From Octopus bimaculoides (taxonomy: Eukaryota), in the NCBI RefSeq assembly GCF_001194135.2, contig NC_068983.1, forward strand, positions 137,873,983 to 137,921,817: a stretch of 47,835 nucleotides of DNA. Reading direction: 5' to 3'. The notes beneath the pieces were generated by a model, which was given only the letters and a program-made list of their open reading frames with translations, ran no database searches and was not told the origin of the DNA. Positions within the stretch are counted from its first letter, which is position 1; every line of letters begins with the position of its first letter. The position numbers and the translations under genes are program-made. Positions 36,918-47,835 of this stretch are shown here, piece after piece.

Positions 36918-37124
36918 TTTTCTACTCTAGGCACGAGGCCCGAAATTTTTGAGGAGGGGGCCAGTTGATTAGGTCGACTTCAGTACGCAACTGGTACTTA
37001 ATTTATAGACCCCGAAAGGATGAAAGGAAAAGTTGATCTCGGCGGAATTTGAACGTAAAGACAGGCGAAATACTGCTAAGCATTTCGCCCGGTGTGCTAA
37101 CGTTTCTGCCAGCTCGCCGCCTTA
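36918..37124 (-). mobile_element. tRNA-derived SINE, near full length
   Basis: Minus strand starts taaggcggcgagctggcagaaacgttagcac, has B-box gttcaaattcc, then the core and tail. Confidence 0.9.
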
Positions 37125-37781
37125 TCACATCATTGTGATAATATGGTGTGATGGCTGAATAGGTTACAGGCTACAGGGAATTAATAACAATGTTCACCAT
37201 GAAGAAAACTTTATGGAGTGTGGATGGACATGCACCAAATTAGAAAAAAGTAGAATCGTTTGAGATATGGGCAAAGAACAATGACAGCCTAGGATAAATA
37301 ATTTGGAAAGCTTTGTCCCAGACTTCATGATAAAGATATTTTTAATGTGTTTTGTGAGATTCAAAGCGATAAACAGGTTTATTTTATGCGTTATCAAAAA
37401 TATGTTTTGTCACAGAGAAACACAAAAGCTTGCGTCAGAGGGACACTTGTAGATACCAAATATCAGTGGCATAGTTTTGTGTTGTACCTTGGGCAAAATG
37501 TCGTGTTTTATTTATAAGGCAGAATAAGTGGAAGCGAGTAGATAATGGGATATCAAAGCAACATAGAATTGACGCATGATTTGTTTGTTTAGGGCAACGA
37601 GATCATATCAGAAGAGAGTAAAAAAAGATAATGATAAGAGAGAAGTTAAGTGGATAGTAAATTATTGGTAGTGTTGACAGGTATATCACCAATAATAGGG
37701 GATAGTTATTTTCTGCTAAAATGATGAAAGACAAAAGGAACAGTGTGAACGGAAACATTCAAAGAATCTCACATAGTAATG

Positions 37782-37830
37782 TTTGTCCCCTCTATGTTTA
37801 GCCCCTTGTGGGCAATAAAGAAATAAGAAT
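37782..37830 (+). mobile_element. Isolated SINE 3' tail (alternative tail type)
   Basis: gtttgtcccctctatgtttagccccttgtgggcaataaagaaataag; family identity is from recall. Confidence 0.45.
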
Positions 37831-38029
37831 CTCACACAATAATGTAAAAAAAAACCCAACAAAAAACTCCGCAACATATTTATCCTGGTTTTCTACCGTT
37901 TATTACAAATCTCATTTAAATTTTGCCCAAAGTTATTTTTTAAAATTTGTATATTCCTCTTCTTTTACGTCGTCGCAACAATCATATTCATCATTACTGA
38001 CTAAACGATTTTCCTGACATCATTACGTT

Positions 38030-38400
38030 GAATATATCATCAACACCAATTTCATTATCACATCCACGCGCATCGACTACAATCAAAACCACCATCACAA
38101 CCGCCACTCTTGACACAACCGCTACTAGTGGTAGTACTACGGCTGAATCTCCTTTACCTCCTCTTGAGACAACCATAATTATCACCATTGCTAACATAAC
38201 CACCGTCATCATCATGATCATTACGAACATCGTCGCCATCATCGTTGTCATCTTTATGAAGCTGGTAAACCTGATCACAAGCACTATAAAACATACGCAA
38301 TCGCCAGCATCTGCAACTACAAGACTACTACCAGGATCATAACTACCACCATCATCACCACCGCTATAAACAACAACAGCAACAATAAAAGCACTAACAA
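38030..38400. repeat. Degenerate ACC/ATC/AAC trinucleotide low-complexity tract
   Basis: Direct inspection; it produces spurious Thr/Ile-rich ORFs. Confidence 0.75.
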
Positions 38401-39244
38401 TGAAACGTAGTTTTTCAAAGCTCCATATTTGACTGACAACTTATTATCTGCGCCATTCTTCTGCAACAGATGACGTCCCATCACGGAACTAGAGAGCAGC
38501 ATTCGAGGAAATTTATTCATCTACTGATTAAAAAGCATGAAAGCCAAAGTAAAAACAATGACGATCAATATACAAAAATATCGTGCATATATATATATAT
38601 ATANNNNNNNNNNNNNNNNNNNNNNNNNNNNNNNNNNNNNNNNNNNNNNNNNNNNNNNNNNNNNNNNNNNNNNNNNNNNNNNNNNNNNNNNNNNNNNNNN
38701 NNNNNNNNNNNNNNNNNNNNNNNNNNNNNNNNNNNNNNNNNNNNNNNNNNNNNNNNNNNNNNNNNNNNNNNNNNNNNNNNNNNNNNNNNNNNNNNNNNNN
38801 NNNNNNNNNNNNNNNNNNNNNNNNNNNNNNNNNNNNNNNNNNNNNNNNNNNNNNNNNNNNNNNNNNNNNNNNNNNNNNNNNNNNNNNNNNNNNNNNNNNN
38901 NNNNNNNNNNNNNNNNNNNNNNNNNNNNNNNNNNNNNNNNNNNNNNNNNNNNNNNNNNNNNNNNNNNNNNNNNNNNNNNNNNNNNNNNNNNNNNNNNNNN
39001 NNNNNNNNNNNNNNNNNNNNNNNNNNNNNNNNNNNNNNNNNNNNNNNNNNNNNNNNNNNNNNNNNNNNNNNNNNNNNNNNNNNNNNNNNNNNNNNNNNNN
39101 NNNNNNNNNNNNNNNNNNNNNNNNNNNNNNNNNNNNNNNNNNNNNNNNNNNNNNNNNNNNNNNNNNNNNNNNNNNNNNNNNNNNNNNNNNNNNNNNNNNN
39201 NNNNNNNNNNNNNNNNNNNNNNNNNNNNNNNNNNNNNNNNNNNN

Positions 39245-39286
<42 letters not shown>

Positions 39287-39691
39287 GGAATGTTTTGCAA
39301 TGATGCCTACATAGTGTGTTGATAAATGCACACCCATACATACGCAGACATAGAAGCACGTATACATATTCATATGCATACCCCAACACAAATACACTCT
39401 CATACACTGAGAGAGAAAAAAACTATTGAAAAAATAACCGTTGATATATAATACTTTTCTATTTTGGCCCACATCATTATAGATGTTTAATGGGAACTGA
39501 AATGAACAGTATTAAAGTCTGAAAATACACCGACTACATGGCTATGAAAATAGCTGGCTATTGTTTCAATTACATCTCTTAGTTTCCTTTTCTTCTTTTT
39601 CGATGCCCAATTTGTGTTGTCAGTTTTAAATACACAAATGAATACACACATTCACGTCCGTTATATTGTTACCTATACACCGTGGAAGCAT

Positions 39692-39771
<80 letters not shown>

Positions 39772-39954
39772 NNNNNNNNNNNNNNNNNNNNNNNNNNNNN
39801 NNNNNNNNNNNNNNNNNNNNNNNNNNNNNNNNNNNNNNNNNNNNNNNNNNNNNNNNNNNNNNNNNNNNNNNNNNNNNNNNNNNNNNNNNNNNNNNNNNNN
39901 NNNNNNNNNNNNNNNNNNNNNNNNNNNNNNNNNNNNNNNNNNNNNNNNNNNNNN

Positions 39955-40000
<46 letters not shown>

Positions 40001-41880
40001 GCATGTATGTATGTATGTATGCATATATATAATACATACATACATACATACACACATACATACACGTATACATACATGCATGCATACATACACATGATCA
40101 CAAACTAGCACATGGATAACTATTCATGTACTGCTGATAGGTCGTAGCTTGTCTGTCGACTCATCAACTGTGACCTTTCATTTGAGAAGTAAAGAAATGC
40201 AACACAACAGACACAACAGGAGCGAGTAAAGAATATGAAGGAAATCACACACATGCACACGCACACACACAGACACTCATACACACAAACACAGACACAC
40301 ACTCCACTCCTCCCCACACATAATATATACCGAAATGTTGCGTTGGCCAATTAGTGATGTTAGAGAAGAATTAGATCGTAACACTCATACACAGGCAGTC
40401 CAAAATGGTTGAAGAAACGCTACAATGCCACGCTAAATGTCTTAGATTATTTATTTCACTTCATGTTCGCATTGCTTTTGATTACGTCTTATTTCGAAAA
40501 ATAAAATAAATACCAGCTTTTGTTGTGATGCTTGTGTCCCAAATCGCCAGTGAACTAGCAATGGCGTTCCAGCTATGCCCTTTCCACTCAAGTCCTGAGG
40601 TCGATTTAACTGATTAGACTCTTGCGCCAAATGCATGACTTTTTAAAATATTTTTTTTTACCAATATTAGAAATAAATGTGGGTAGTTATAAAATATCGT
40701 ATAGTTATAAGCATTCAACACAGCAAGCTTAGGCCGTTTTGTGATACTTGTTATCATCAATGTTATTCATACACTTGGAAAGCAATGATAGTATCGTTAT
40801 CCTATTTTCTTTCCTACAAAATTGTAGGGTTTTGTGTAGACACTAGTCATACCCATATTTGACATAAATAGAATATTGACTTTATCCTTAACATCAAGTT
40901 TTGTAATGTAGAAGTAAAAATCATTCAAATCCATAACGATAGATTGATGAATGATATTTTACCAAACATGAAAAAATAAAAGACAGATTTGATTCCGGGA
41001 ATTTGCAGAGATTGAATTTCCATTTAAGAATAGAACGATTGGAATTATTACAGTTTATTGGTCATATTTTCTGAACGAAGAGATTATTAATGGCGTTTGT
41101 TATTGCTGCCTTTTTAAAAAAAGTAAGTTGCAAGGTTGGCAAGCATCATATTATTTATCATATTATGATAAACAGATTTAAAATTTTGAAACTTAATTGC
41201 AAATTACTTTTAACGTTCAACAACTGTCCCTTTGTTTATGACCAAGGTACTGTATCTGTATGCTAATGTATGGTTTGAATTTTGACATTTATAAAATTTC
41301 ATTGCTGTTTTTCTAATTTATTTAGGAGCAATCTGTATAAGATAGTTGTGTTATCTACCCACAAGACTGTAAGTCGAAAAACGTAGGTTAGATAACAACT
41401 TGATATACACAAATTACAGAAAGTCTGAAATACGCCAAATTCATGACTAATTCCTACGTTGGACATACAATCACAACATTGTTTCACCGGTACACTATGC
41501 ATTTACAATTAGGAGCTTTTTCAACGCATTACACTACAAGACGCGAAAGGAAACTAGATAGAAAAATATTAGTTGATAAACAACCATCTCATAAAGTATA
41601 TCATATTAACAGTAGAAAATAAATTAGGTAAAGAAATCGTAAATATAAACCATAAATTAATACATAGACACAACAAATTAGTAATTAACTAAGAGTTAAT
41701 AGGCAACATTTGCAGTTCAAAACACTACCTTCAGTAACAATACCATTTTCACTATTTTCGCTGTCCATTATAAAAAGCTGAAAATTACGAACGGCATAGA
41801 TCTGCTTACACGTCTATCAAACAAGTCTGTCTGTCTGTTTAGGTGTCTTTCATTCTCTCTCTCTTTATTTTCTCTTATTC

Positions 41881-41975
41881 ATTTCTGGTGAAGAGCGTAG
41901 GCTCGAAATAGAAAATGCTTTTTTCATTTTCCCGAGCGTCAAACTAATACCTGTCTGTCTTTTGCTTTTCTATAA
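41881..41975 (+). mobile_element. Solo PLE-type terminal repeat with a variant hammerhead motif
   Basis: ATTT-CTGGTGA-A-GAGC GTAG GCTC-GAA-ATAG-AAAAT has a perfect stem II but altered core and stem III. The tail cccgagcgtcaaactaatac is homologous to 22612-22700. Confidence 0.5.
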
Positions 41976-41981
41976 ATTTCG

Positions 41982-42051
<70 letters not shown>

Positions 42052-43253
42052 AGCCTGCCTGCCTGCTGCCCCCCTTTCTCTCTGTCTGTCTGTTTGTCCA
42101 TCTCCAAATATCTGTCTATGTAACTACAATCATTCATAAGTATATGTATCCTCTTAGCATCGTATCTGCGTATACACACTAAGTCAAATCACATATACAC
42201 ATCATATAAATACAAACACAACACACACGCATACATAGTCACACACAAGCACAGTTACCAACACGAATACACACAGACACATACATACAAACACATAAGC
42301 TCAAAAGCTCATCACAAATCTGTACGTAAAGCATACTCACACTTCGTATATACGTAGACATGGGTGCGCATTCACACACGTAGACCCCCATACATACAAG
42401 CATGTGTATGAGGATGTGTTCGTCTGTGTGTGCGCTAGCACGTGTGTATGTGGGTTGTTTATGCATCTGTTACCTTTTCCTTTCTCATCGTCTTCTCTCA
42501 GAGAAGGTTAAATGTTTCTAATATCATTGAGAAGAGAGGAAAAATTACATGTAGACAATTGCTTTTATTCAGCAAATTGAAATGTGAAAGGTGACCGTAA
42601 GCTGGCTTCCTCCGTGTCTTTTACACAGTAGTATAGGGTCAACAATACTGAAGAAAACAATAGAAGCATCCTTATCCGATACGGTGATAGAGTGACAGAT
42701 AGGTCTTTAGATAACAGACATGTCGATAGAGAGAAACATATATGAAACAAGCTGGAGTAGCGTACGGGTAGATACGTTGGAAGATAAATGGACAAATTAA
42801 GAGATTGACATAGTTGTATGTATGAAAAAAGTCAGTGAGCACATCAATGGACAGATAAATAGGCAGAGAGCTTTGCGAATAAATGGATGAATAGGTTGAA
42901 TGAAGCGTCGAAGAATAGGTCCATATATATATATATATATGAGAGATACGTACACATACATATGAATATGTGCGTATATATATGTATATATATATATGTA
43001 TGTGTATATATACATATATATATACATATACATACATACATACATATATATNNNNNNNNNNNNNNNNNNNNNNNNNNNNNNNNNNNNNNNNNNNNNNNNN
43101 NNNNNNNNNNNNNNNNNNNNNNNNNNNNNNNNNNNNNNNNNNNNNNNNNNNNNNNNNNNNNNNNNNNNNNNNNNNNNNNNNNNNNNNNNNNNNNNNNNNN
43201 NNNNNNNNNNNNNNNNNNNNNNNNNNNNNNNNNNNNNNNNNNNNNNNNNNNNN

Positions 43254-43286
<33 letters not shown>

Positions 43287-43530
43287 ACTTTTCAGTGAAT
43301 CACAGGAACTGATAAAGGTCGACCCTGTGTAATGGATTCTCTAGCATTAACATAGATAAGTAGAAGGCAAATTACACAACTACTTTCTTCCTCACGCGGA
43401 CTCAAACTGGAACGAGTTCGCGCGCTCTAACACATTCATACGTATGCGCACACTCAAGTATACAATACGAGTTTGGTAAACTTGTTCCAGTTTCTATGCT
43501 CGTCGTCCGTCTATCTATCTGTCTGTCTGG

Positions 43531-43584
<54 letters not shown>

Positions 43585-43595
43585 GTCTGTCTGTG

Positions 43596-43638
<43 letters not shown>

Positions 43639-44738
43639 GTGTCTGTCTGTCTATGTGTCTATCTCTCTGTCTATGTGTCTGTCTCTCTGTCTGTCTATGT
43701 GTCTGTCTATGTGTCTGTCTCTCTGTCTTTTCTATCTATTCGTCTACCACTCGTCCCTCCCTAATCTCTCACTCTCTCTCTCTATCTATCTGGATAGCTA
43801 TTTGTCTATCTATCTGTCTGTCTGTTTGTCTGTCTGTCTGCCTATCTATCCTTTCACTTCCTCCGGATGTTCTGTTCGCACCGGAAAATACATATGCGCT
43901 TACCTGTCGTAGCTTGCTTTCATTTTTCGTTTGCACACCGTGTTTTCTCCTTTATTCTCAAGAACTTCAGCTTCAAATATAATATATGCACTCTGTAATA
44001 TGGATTGAATACTCTTTGTACTCGAACGTAATCACAAATGTTCACCAGTCTTCTCCTCTTTTTCTCTTTCAGTCTCTATCTCTCCCTCTCCCTCTCCCTC
44101 TCCCTGTCTCTCTAATACATATATGTGAGTGCGTCATATTTTGTATGCATTTGTTTTTATCTACTGTTTTTTTTTTTTATCTAGATACAAGTGGTTTGGA
44201 AATCGACATATAATACGTTGTAAATATAAACTAACCTCTTGAAATAATGGAAAATGGTATACTTGGCATCTCAAATCTCCTCATCGACTCGTCAGCGACA
44301 CAGCTTTCCTCAATATTTGCGGCAATCAAGTCACAAATACAATTTTAATAGCCAACGTGAAAGAAATAAACAGAAAAATCTTGAACTCAGGTTTATTGCG
44401 AATATCTTTACAATAATAAAACAGATGAAATAAAATATATCACTGTAGACGCTGCTGAAGTTATATGTAATATCTATATCAATGGGGAAGTCTGGTGACT
44501 TCATAGATGTTCAAAGAACCAGATGTTATGAAAGACTGTAACAGGAAAACGCTTTGAGTGTATGAGAAATGAATATGATTTTCCTGGTGGAGAATGAAAC
44601 TCTAAATATACATGATTAATATGCTAATATATATATATATATAAATATTAGCATATTAGTCTTTATACTGAGAGTTGCTTTCTCTGCCAGGAAACACACA
44701 CACACACACATGCACAGATTAATAAATGTATGTGTGTG

Positions 44739-44783
<45 letters not shown>

Positions 44784-44829
44784 TATGCAAATATGTATAT
44801 ATAAACATATAAATATAAATATATGTATG

Positions 44830-44881
<52 letters not shown>

Positions 44882-46188
44882 CACACATATATATATTTCA
44901 TACACACGCATAAGCACATTCATTCATCCATCCGTACATTCAAATATACACATACACGTTTCAATTATATGTGCGTGTTTGTCCATGCATATGTAGATAT
45001 CGTATCCAAATATATATAATTGTATGTACATACATATACATGCAGAAGTAATATTATTATAATCATAAATGTTAAGATAAATAAACACATGCAGTACACA
45101 AACAGGTACGTGTACCTACACACATACATGCGTACAGACTTTACATATATATATATGTATATATGTGTATGTATATGCATGTATGTATGTATTATAAAAG
45201 CAATGAAAAAGTACAAATGCTTCACATTGAGAAATAATATTTATGTAAATACATTTAACGGCAAAGATTAAATCAGAAGTGGAAAAGAAAACATACCTTC
45301 GTTAGCAAATAAACATATATACATATGTACATATACACAGCTAAATACACAGATACGTGCACATACACAAAGCACATACATAAAAATATTGAAAGATAAG
45401 AAAATCGTTGACTCAAAAGCTAAGAATGAAGAAGAAAGCTATTTAACTTCTACGAGTAAACAAGCCGTACAAATATAAAAGAAATTGGAAGACGACAGAA
45501 TTATATCTTGAAAATAAAATAATGACAAAAAATAATAAAATTTGAACAAAAGATATAAAACAAACTTGTTATAATCTGATTCCAAATTGAAATATTTCGT
45601 ATAACATTTTTCAATTCCTCATTTTGTAAAAAGATTCCTCTTGGAATGAGAACATTCCTGAACATCACTTTAGAAATGATATTTATATATATTTACTTCC
45701 CTCTACCTTCGTAATTTCTTTCATTTCGATTACTTTCGTCTATGTACACATATATACATGCATGCATACACACATGATACGCACACACACACATGAATGC
45801 ATATGTACATAATACATACATACATAAGTACGTATGTGTGGATATAAGCATGCATAGGCGTATCTTCAAACACACACTACTGTTCACAAATGGAATATGT
45901 AATATCTGCACACCTCTTTGTCTTGATTTTCTTCACCCCTCTCTCTCTCTCCACATATATATACAACCTAAAGATACATATATATTTTGTCTCACACATA
46001 TGTGACAGAGTTAATTCCCGGAGATTTTGCTATCATTTGTATCCGTCAATTGCTTATGAAGTCTACTAATCGGTGTTTGTCTAAAGCAACAAAGGGAATG
46101 AGATACAGAAAATTAAGTGACCTGCTGAGATGCAATACTCTGCAGCTGGTTTCAACACTTATCCTATGAACAGGTAATCTAATATTTT

Positions 46189-46232
<44 letters not shown>

Positions 46233-46242
46233 TATTATTATT

Positions 46243-46459
46243 AAGGCGGCGTGCGGGCAGAATCGTTAGCACGCCGGGCGTAATACTTAGCAGTATTTTG
46301 TCAGCCGCTACGTTCTGAGTTCAAATTCCGCCGAGGTCATCTTTGCCATTCATCCTTTCAGGGTCGACAAATTAAGTACCAGTAGAACACTGGGGTCGAT
46401 GTAGTCGACTAGTCCCCTCCTCACAAATCTGAGACCTTGTGCCTCCAGTAGAAAGGATT
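46243..46459 (+). mobile_element. tRNA-derived SINE set in an (ATC)n(ATT)n tract
   Basis: aaggcggc..gcagaatcgttagcacgccgggc..gagttcaaattccgccgagg..gtagaaaggatt. Confidence 0.9.
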
Positions 46460-46756
46460 NNNNNNNNNNNNNNNNNNNNNNNNNNNNNNNNNNNNNNNNN
46501 NNNNNNNNNNNNNNNNNNNNNNNNNNNNNNNNNNNNNNNNNNNNNNNNNNNNNNNNNNNNNNNNNNNNNNNNNNNNNNNNNNNNNNNNNNNNNNNNNNNN
46601 NNNNNNNNNNNNNNNNNNNNNNNNNNNNNNNNNNNNNNNNNNNNNNNNNNNNNNNNNNNNNNNNNNNNNNNNNNNNNNNNNNNNNNNNNNNNNNNNNNNN
46701 NNNNNNNNNNNNNNNNNNNNNNNNNNNNNNNNNNATTATTATTATTGATATTATTA

Positions 46757-47198
46757 TTGAGTGAGAAAGAAAGCATGCCATCAAAGTGACACTGGGGTAA
46801 AATATACGAAGCCCATTATACCCATCATGACTACCCGTCTGATAAGGGTACACCAGGTACATGCATCACAACCATATGTGCGTGACATGGTGATCTCATA
46901 TGTAGATAAACAGCGCATGACCTTTGCAGGTGGGGCCCAGTTAGAATTTTCTTCAGGTCGAGTAGCCCATCCCGCTCAAAAGGTCCTTGAATAAATGTTG
47001 TTTGAGGATGTCGAACGAAATACCCATGTTTCCAAAGGTGAATTATCCAAACCCCAAAGAATTCCTATCAACACATGACTATGATGCCCCACCACTACTT
47101 CTGCTCGTGATCAGAGATGCACATATCGTCTGCCACTAAATGACATGCTCAACTGGTTAAGATCAAGCAACTGACAAGCAATTCTGTGGTATTTGCTG
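46757..47198. mobile_element. Unclassified interspersed repeat abutting (ATT)n; possibly a LINE 3' UTR in minus orientation
   Basis: GC-richer block starting gagtgagaaagaaagcatgccatcaaagtgacactgggg, recalled as a common octopod repeat; no convincing ORF. Confidence 0.35.
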
Positions 47199-47199
47199 T

Positions 47200-47835
47200 T
47201 GCTCATTATTCCTTCGTAACACAGTGTAGGTAAAAATGCACCGGAGTCTTTAGTCATCTGTCAAGTCACAACAAGGACCTCAGACAGATATGCGCTGTGC
47301 CCAATAAGGCTGCTTTTTGCAAGACACCAATCTTGCATAGGATTTCCAGTTACCTTAGAAGTTTTGAAGTTTCAGTAGGATTGAGCCCAACGCTGCAATC
47401 ACCACTGGTATCACTTTTACATTTTCCTCTCGCATTCCATACAGTCTTGCCATTTCCACTTTCAATTCGGAGTTCTTGGTGACTTTTTCAGTCTCTTTAC
47501 TCACAACACTCATGTCATTTGGTATGGCTACATCAATGATCTGACAGTATCTGTCTCTCTTATTCAATATGACAATATCCGGCCGACGGTATTCGATTAC
47601 ACGATCCGTCTGAAACTCATAGTCCCAGCGTATCGTTACTTTTCCATCCTCCTGCATAACTTTACTTGGTACATGCTCATACCAGTTCTCTGTTACTTCG
47701 TATTGGTATTTACGGCATAAGAGCCAATGAATATACACACACACTTTATCGTGACGACGCTTGTATTCTTTTTGTGCAAGGCTCTCACATCCACTTACCA
47801 AGTGGGTCAAATTTTCCACACTCTCTTCACAGAGT
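47200..47835 (-). mobile_element. R4/Dong-like non-LTR retrotransposon: zinc-knuckle end, restriction-like endonuclease and 3' UTR; continues beyond the window
   Basis: ENLTHLVSGC, KRRHDKV..IHW, WDYEFQTDR..RRPDIVI..IIDVAIP, KETEKVTK..LK..VIPVVIAALG, then LQKAALLGTAHI after a frameshift. Confidence 0.9.

Noticed and set aside
37200-37320. Possible RTE thumb remnant (LYG..WT...FEIW); a similar hint lies near 33450
   Set aside because: Too decayed to call without an alignment.
38028-38342. Mucin-like Thr-rich ORF
   Set aside because: Degenerate trinucleotide low complexity, with no splice or domain support.
41326-41368. 43-nt plus-strand candidate exon (tttatttag|...|gtaagt)
   Set aside because: Good splice signals, but isolated and short with an unrecognisable peptide; insufficient support.

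Overview
AT-rich eukaryotic DNA packed with repeats and microsatellites, with roughly 5 kb of N gaps, most flanked by (TA)n. The repeat style suggests an octopod cephalopod draft genome; this is inference from recalled repeat families, not a search. No complete host gene is recognisable, and most six-frame ORFs are microsatellite or N artefacts. The supportable content is mobile DNA: (i) a Penelope-like element (PLE) RT fragment; (ii) RTE-type LINE 3' ends, including a tail with three C2H2 zinc fingers at 1-425 and a decayed paralog at 24.2-24.6 kb; (iii) R4/Dong-like RLE LINE fragments (RT at 30.0-30.8 kb, endonuclease at 47.3-47.8 kb); (iv) a Tx1/L1-like 3' end; (v) three truncated or internally deleted mariner elements and two Tc1/mariner-superfamily MITEs; (vi) many tRNA-derived SINE copies, including a head-to-tail array. 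The most notable hidden structure is a set of six or seven minimal type I hammerhead-ribozyme-like motifs from at least four sequence families, most with a palindromic stem III. One has an intact core and lies downstream of the PLE RT on the same strand. Weak candidates for host exons and a promoter are flagged at low confidence.
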